Position numbers and translations under genes: made by a program. DNA of 64,000 nucleotides, taken from NCBI GenBank assembly GCA_038087875.1, contig CM075995.1:7876001-7940000 (forward strand), read 5' to 3'. How positions within the stretch are numbered: the first letter of the stretch is position 1; every line of letters begins with the position of its first letter. This document shows positions 58,901 to 64,000 of this stretch, piece after piece. The notes under the pieces were generated by a model, which ran no database searches, was not told the origin of the DNA, and was given only the letters and a program-made list of their open reading frames with translations. This DNA comes from Malacoraja senta (Eukaryota).

Positions 58901-61008
58901 ATCTCAAACATTGCCTCATCTGAAAATTTGATTAATTATTTCCCGTCACAAATCTAAGATCTTTTTTGAAGTTAATGAGCTGAAGCTAACGAGTTGATGA
59001 CTTCACAATGGCTCTGCTCCTCGCGGCCAGCTGCGTGTAGTTTTCAACTATCAGCTTGCTGGCTACTGTTTTCCACGAGCTGTGAGTTACGTAACACCAC
59101 ACCCCCCCCCCACCCACGTAACTCACTCGGCCGGCCGTCCATAGCGCCCCGCCCTCCTCACCCCAGGGCTCTGGATTGAAGCCGCTGAACACGCAGTAAT
59201 TTGGTTGGGCTTCCGAGGGCTTCAGAGATCCCGCGAGGTCCAGAGAGGTCACGGCAGCTGCCCTGGCCCGCCACCCGCTTACCGAATTCAAGTCCGCCCT
59301 CTCCCTCTCTCTCCCCCTCCCCCCTCCCACCTCCTCCTCCCTTCATCTCCCCCCTCCACTACCCCCTCCTCTCCACTTCCCCCTCTCTGTCTCTCCTACC
59401 TCCTCTCCCTCCTCCCCTCTCCCTCTCCCTCCCCTTCTCCCCCACCCCCTCTCCACCTCCCTCCCCCTCTCCTCTCCTCTCCCCATCTCCTCTCCCCATC
59501 TCCTCTCCCCATCTCCTCTCCCCCCTCCTCTCAGCCTCCCCCCTCTCCCTCCACCCCCCCTCTCTCCCTCTCTGCCCCACTCTCTCTGCCCCTCAAGATA
59601 GGGCGGGGATGGGGTAAAAGGAGCCAATGAATAATATTAATATAATATCAAGGGGGTGGTTAGTGTTTGTGTGTGTGTGTGTGGGGGGGGGGTGGTTAGT
59701 GTGTGTGTGTGATGCTGCAGGCCACCCCCCCCCCGCAATCGTGCATTGAGGGGACGGGACCCAACAGGTCACCCTTGGTCTAGTATACTTATAAAACTCT
59801 GATCTTGGATGTGTATTTATTTGTGTGTGTGATGTTCGTTTGCGTTTCACATCTCCTCGAAAACACGACGCACTAACGGTGCAAATTTTACATATTCCGA
59901 TAGAGATTTACGCCGTGAAGTCAAAAATCGCATTTTCTGAAAATTTCAAGCATTATTGCTCGAGTTATTTATGAAAATGTTCAAAAATCTCCAAAAACAT
60001 GGGAAAAAAATAACTGTCTTTCGCTTATTCCCTGTGCTTAGCCCTGCTAGCAACATTGTTGCTATCCAAGTACACGGAGTTCTGCCAGCTAGCAAGTGCA
60101 AATGCATTTTTTTAAAGTCACAGTACACCGAGTTCTGCTAGCTAGCACGTGCAAATGCATTTTTTTTTAAAGTTTAAAAATGAGGGAGTCTGAATAAGGC
60201 GAAATAAGCAGCCCCTGCGCAGTTGTCGGCTATGGGTGAGTGCTGGAATATTGCGTTGGGGGAACGGGTTGTGTTGGAGAAAGGGGAACAGGTTGTGTTG
60301 GGGGACCAGGCCTCCCGTGGGGGCTATGGGTGAGTGGTGGAATATTGCGTTGGGGAACGGTTTGCATTGGGGGACCAGGCCTCCCGTGTGACAGGGACCC
60401 AAAGGGTCCCACTTGGTCTAGTAACCTACAAACATGGGGGGAAACCGGAGCACTCAGAGAAAACCCAGGCAGGTCACCGGGGGAAACGTACAAACTCCGT
60501 ACGGACATCTCCCGTAGTCGGGATGGAACCCGGGTCTCTGGCGCAGTGAGGCAGCAACTCTACCGCTGCACCACCGTGCTGCCCTCCAGGTTATCGCACA
60601 TTCGGCAGAAACACGGTGAATCGCCCACCTACCTTCCAATACATTCCTGGCGGATGCCAACAACAGAGCCATGCCCATGTCTGCAGTGGCAGCGTCCACC
60701 ACAGAAGGAGTGTTGGCCACCTTCACCCCAAAACTGAAGATCAAAGGCAGGTCATAGTGGTCCACACCAACGCCATTGTTCACGATCACCTTCAGGGCAG
60801 GGAGCGAGCGGAGAAGCTTCTCATTTACGATGGGATAAAACTCCCACATGAAAATAACCTGGATTTTATTTTCAAGCTGTTCCTTGTTCTTCAGGAATTC
60901 TTCCATGGTGGCGACGTCGAAATGCTCCCTGATAACGTCTGCACATCTTCGTGGAACGCCCTGCGTCTCGCTGAGTGCGGAGACCAGAACACAGGCACGA
61001 TCACTCAT
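40815..61008 (-). CDS. D-isomer-specific 2-hydroxyacid dehydrogenase (glyoxylate/hydroxypyruvate reductase-like, 'probable 2-ketogluconate reductase'), 326 aa. Exons 61008-60633, 56204-56033, 53758-53580, 43417-43321, 40971-40815
   Basis: Exon lengths 376+172+179+97+157 = 981 nt with consistent phases. Motifs: [26 protein letters not shown] (Rossmann GxGxxG), YHNRNR, LINISRG (catalytic Arg), LDVTEPEP (Glu), LTPHFG (His). Confidence 0.93.
41018..41340 (+). mobile_element. HE1-like SINE
   Basis: ggcagcacggtggcgcagcggtagag..ggttcgatcc..gggccgaagggcctg..ctaaacta. Confidence 0.82.
42065..42562 (+). mobile_element. Penelope-like 3' fragment
   Basis: [31 protein letters not shown] plus pLTR. Confidence 0.8.
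42858..43160 (-). mobile_element. HE1-like SINE
   Basis: Same consensus, reverse strand. Confidence 0.8.
43321..43417 (-). CDS. 2-hydroxyacid reductase coding exon 4 (97 nt)
   Basis: gtcgcaag|[34 protein letters not shown]|gtagta; not present in the ORF track. Confidence 0.92.
44150..45075. repeat. About 44-bp minisatellite, roughly 21 copies
   Basis: Unit gggttgaagtaaaaaggcactgcaaagggttgtttgggggtttt. Confidence 0.95.
45455..46185. repeat. 48-bp minisatellite, roughly 15 copies
   Basis: Unit ttgaaatggtatgaaactgcatttgaatttggtggccttgcaccctgc. Confidence 0.95.
49535..49828 (-). mobile_element. HE1-like SINE
   Basis: Same consensus, reverse strand. Confidence 0.8.
50185..53410 (+). mobile_element. 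CR1 LINE: end of ORF1 (SGNH esterase-like) and nearly complete ORF2 with a stop at 52516 and downstream frameshifts
   Basis: [21 protein letters not shown] before ORF 50557..52518 (CLNARS, ITETWL, GDFN, SDHN, KSPGPD, DFQKAFD); then [10 protein letters not shown] and KFADD. Confidence 0.93.
53580..53758 (-). CDS. 2-hydroxyacid reductase coding exon 3 (179 nt)
   Basis: ctgtgtttag|[45 protein letters not shown]|gtaggt. Confidence 0.93.
56033..56204 (-). CDS. 2-hydroxyacid reductase coding exon 2 (172 nt)
   Basis: ttttgaactgttag|GYRIATLP...[39 protein letters not shown]|gtagga. Confidence 0.93.
56942..57802 (+). mobile_element. Internally deleted Tc1 (DD34E, IR/DR-type) transposon
   Basis: [20 protein letters not shown]-34 aa-E ([12 protein letters not shown]); long right TIR ending ggagggcactg|TA with an internal direct repeat ccataatgtttgggaca. 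Confidence 0.9.
58742..60421 (+). mobile_element. Nested or tandem pair of non-autonomous Helitrons (3' ends at 59783 and 60421)
   Basis: Starts with (TCTA)5; two related 5' regions (aaaactctgatcttggatg); two hairpin+CTAG ends (gggacccaaagggtccc..ggtctag); splits a SINE at ccaaa|taacctacaaac. Confidence 0.85.
60633..61008 (-). CDS. 2-hydroxyacid reductase coding exon 1 (376 nt)
   Basis: [10 protein letters not shown]...[51 protein letters not shown]|gtaggt. Confidence 0.93.
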
Positions 61009-61130
61009 CGTCTGTCGGCGCAGAGGAAAAGAAAGGGTAGCAGTTTACAGTTTAGTTTATTGTCACGTGTACCGAGATACAGTGAAAAGCTTTTTGTCGC
61101 ATGCTATCCAGTCAGCAGAAAAACAATAAC

Positions 61131-61375
61131 GGGCCTGTCCCACTTGCCGAATTTTTCGGCGGCTGCTGGAGTCATATCAGGGTCGCAAAAAGATTGCGAA
61201 CATTTCAAAATCCAGCAGCGACAGAAAAAATGCTGCGACACTTGAAAAAACACCGCGCGTCAATACGTCATCACTCTGCGTCACCGCCATGTCACGCTGC
61301 GACTTTTTCGTTGACCTGATACATCAGTCAATGATGCCGGCAGACGCCGAAAAAATCGCCAAGTGGGACAGGCCC
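61131..61375. mobile_element. PIF/Harbinger-like MITE
   Basis: TIRs GGGCCTGTCCCACTTG / CAAGTGGGACAGGCCC with extended imperfect inverted repeat; TA-containing flanks. Confidence 0.75.
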
Positions 61376-61378
61376 TTA

Positions 61379-61675
61379 CAGTGCCCTCCATAATGTTTGG
61401 GACAAAGACCCATCATTTATTTATTTGCCTCTGTACTCCACAATTTGAGATTTGTAATAGAAAAAAATCACATGTTGTTAAAGTCCACGTTGTCAGATTT
61501 TATTAAAGGCCATTTTTATACATTTTGGTTTCACCATGTAGAAATTACAGCTGTGTTTATACATAGTCCCCTCATTTCATGGCACCATAATGTTTGGGAC
61601 ACATAGCTTCACAGGTGTTTGTAATTGCTCAGGTGTGATTAAATGCCTCCTTAATGCAGGTATAAGAGAGCTCTG
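61379..61675 (+). mobile_element. Left TIR fragment of the same Tc1 family
   Basis: TA|cagtgccctccataatgtttgggac..., the reverse complement of 57580-57802. Confidence 0.85.
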
Positions 61676-64000
61676 TTCATGATTACAATCGAGCCATTTA
61701 CAGTGAATAGAATAATACATGATAAGGGAATAACGTTTAATGCCAGGTAAAGCCAGCAATGTCCGATCAAGGATTGTCCGAGGGACACCAGCGATTAAAT
61801 CATCACAAGGAACTGCAGATGCTAGTTTGCAAAGAAAAGACACAAAGTGCTGGAGTAACTCAACGGGTCGGGCAGCATCCCTGGAGAAAATGTGGAGATC
61901 TCTGATGGGCGGCACAGCGATAGAGTTACTGCCTTACAGTACCAGAGACCCAGGTTCGATCCTGACTACGGGCGCTGTCTGTATGGAGTTTGTACGTTCT
62001 CCCCGTGACCCGTGTGGGTTTTCTCCGGGATCACCGGTTTCCTCCCACACTCCAAAGACGTACAGGTTTTTTGGTTAATTGGCTTGATATAAATATAGGA
62101 TGGTGTTAGTTCATAAGTGATAGGAGCAGAATTAGGCCCATCAAGTCTACTCCGCCATTCAACCATGACTGTTCTATCTTTCCCTCTCAACCCTATTCTC
62201 CTGCCTTCTCCCCATAACCCCCGACACCCGTAATAATCAAGAATCTATCGAAACGAATGAGTGCAGTGAGGTTGAGAACATGAGCCTGATTGGGTTGAAA
62301 TATATTGACATGATTAGCAATTTCCCCAATGCATGAGATCACAATATTTCATCGCTGATGAGAGAGACCACATTGTAACAGTAATGGTTTCTGTTGTGAA
62401 AATTATCCGTGATAATTTTCCATAAAGCTTTTCAATCCTCATCTATTTCCCTACTCAGTTAATGACGAACTAAAAGCTCTGCAGCTCACAGGCATGTGGC
62501 CATCAAGAACAAGCCTTCCTTGATAGATATTAACTTGGTTCCTGGAATCAGAGGGGTAACTTTTTCTCACACACAGGGTGGGTGGGTGCATGTAGGCCCT
62601 GCCCATGTTAGACTTCCCAAAATGCAACACCTCACATTTCTCTGTATTAAATTCCATCAACCATTCCCCAGCCCACCTGCCCAACCGATCAAGATCCTGC
62701 TGCAATTCTTCACATCCATCTTAACTATTCCTCCTGCAATTTTTCACAACCATCTTCACTATACATCACAATATTCCATCGCTGATGCGAGACATCACAT
62801 TGTAACAGTAATGGTTTCTGATGTCAATATTATACCTAATAATTTTCCATAAAACCTTTCAAATATTTACCTGCTACGTTTCTGATGAACTGAACTCACG
62901 GGCATGTGACCTTCCTTGATAGTTATTAACTTTGTTCCCAGAATTTAATAGGAACCCGAGGAGCAATTTTTAAGAAACATTTAGGTAGGTACATGGATAG
63001 GATAGGTTTAGAGGTATATGGGCCAAAACGCAGGCAGGTGGGACTAGTGTAGATGGGACATGTTGGCAGGTGTGGGCAAGTTCATGTTCATAATTAGGCC
63101 ATTCAGCCCATCAAGTCCACTCCACCATTCAATCATGGCTGATCTATCTTTCCCTCCTAACCCCATTCTCCTGCCTTCTCCCCATAACCCCCGACACCGT
63201 GCTAATCTACCTTAAAAATATCCATTGGCAGCCGCCACAGTCTTCTGTGGCAATGAATTCCACAGATTCACCACCCTCTGACTAAAAAAAATTCTGCTCA
63301 TCTTCCTAAAGGAATGGCCTGTAATTCTGAGCCTAAGCCCTCTGGTCCTAGACTCTCCCACCAGTAGAATCATCCTCTCCACATCCACTCTATCCAGGCC
63401 TTTCACTATTCTGTATGTTTCAATGAGGTCCCCCCTCAACCTAAACTCCAGCGAGTACAGGCCCAGCGCCTTCTAACGCTCATCATATATTAACCCACTC
63501 ATTCCCTGGTTCGTTCGGCCGAAGGGTCTGTTTCCACGCTGAAAGACTCTAATAAAGTGACAACCAAACTAACTGCTGCCTTTCCAAATCTCTAGCTGCT
63601 GTTCAGACACTGAAGTAGGAGTGACCAGGGTGTTTTGGGCAGCTTACAGCCCAGTGGGATAAATATTGATCTCTCCAACTTCAGATAGCCCCGACATTCC
63701 CTCTCTCTCTATCCCTCCCCCACCCAAGTCGCAGCAGCTTCTCGTTTTCACCCAACAAACAGCTAACAATGGCCTGTTCCTTTATCATCGTTACTTTTTT
63801 ACATATCTTTCATTCATTTGTTCTTTATCTCTCCACTGGTTATTATCCCTAATCTCGACCCAAAACGTCACCCATTTCTTCTCTCCAGAGATGCTGCCCG
63901 TCCCGCTGAGTTACTCCAGCTTTTTGTGTCTACATTAAGTGGAAACTATAGGCCGGTTAGCCTGACTTCAGTGGTTGGTAGGATTTTAGAGACCAGTATA

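Noticed and set aside
40815..61008. Bacterial contamination or recent HGT of a ghrB/2-ketogluconate reductase
   Set aside because: The gene has four spliceosomal introns filled with host repeats.

Overview
Repeat-dense vertebrate genomic DNA. The HE1/V-type SINEs, CR1 LINEs and Penelope remnants point to a cartilaginous fish, probably a skate or ray (inference). Two spliced minus-strand protein genes could be reconstructed by hand with phase-consistent GT-AG junctions. (1) RBFA, mitochondrial ribosome-binding factor A: 7 exons, 19910->3027, CpG-island promoter, with an apparent +1 frameshift in exon 3. (2) A GRHPR-like / 2-ketogluconate-reductase-like D-2-hydroxyacid dehydrogenase: 5 coding exons, 61008->40815, 326 aa, intact. 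Between them lies a full-length Gmr1-type Ty3/gypsy LTR retrotransposon (24648-33459, integrase before RT). It carries a nested Rex1/Babar LINE and a 5'-inverted (twin-primed) L1-like insertion with a 17-bp TSD. Other elements are non-autonomous Helitrons loaded with minisatellites (one nested pair), near full-length CR1s, an RTEX/CR1-group LINE with a solo-LTR-like insert, Tc1, hAT and Harbinger-like DNA elements, and many short Penelope-derived fold-back elements centred on a hammerhead-like motif with long TSDs. Most other ORFs in the track are repeat artefacts. Repeat family names come from motif recognition, not database searches.
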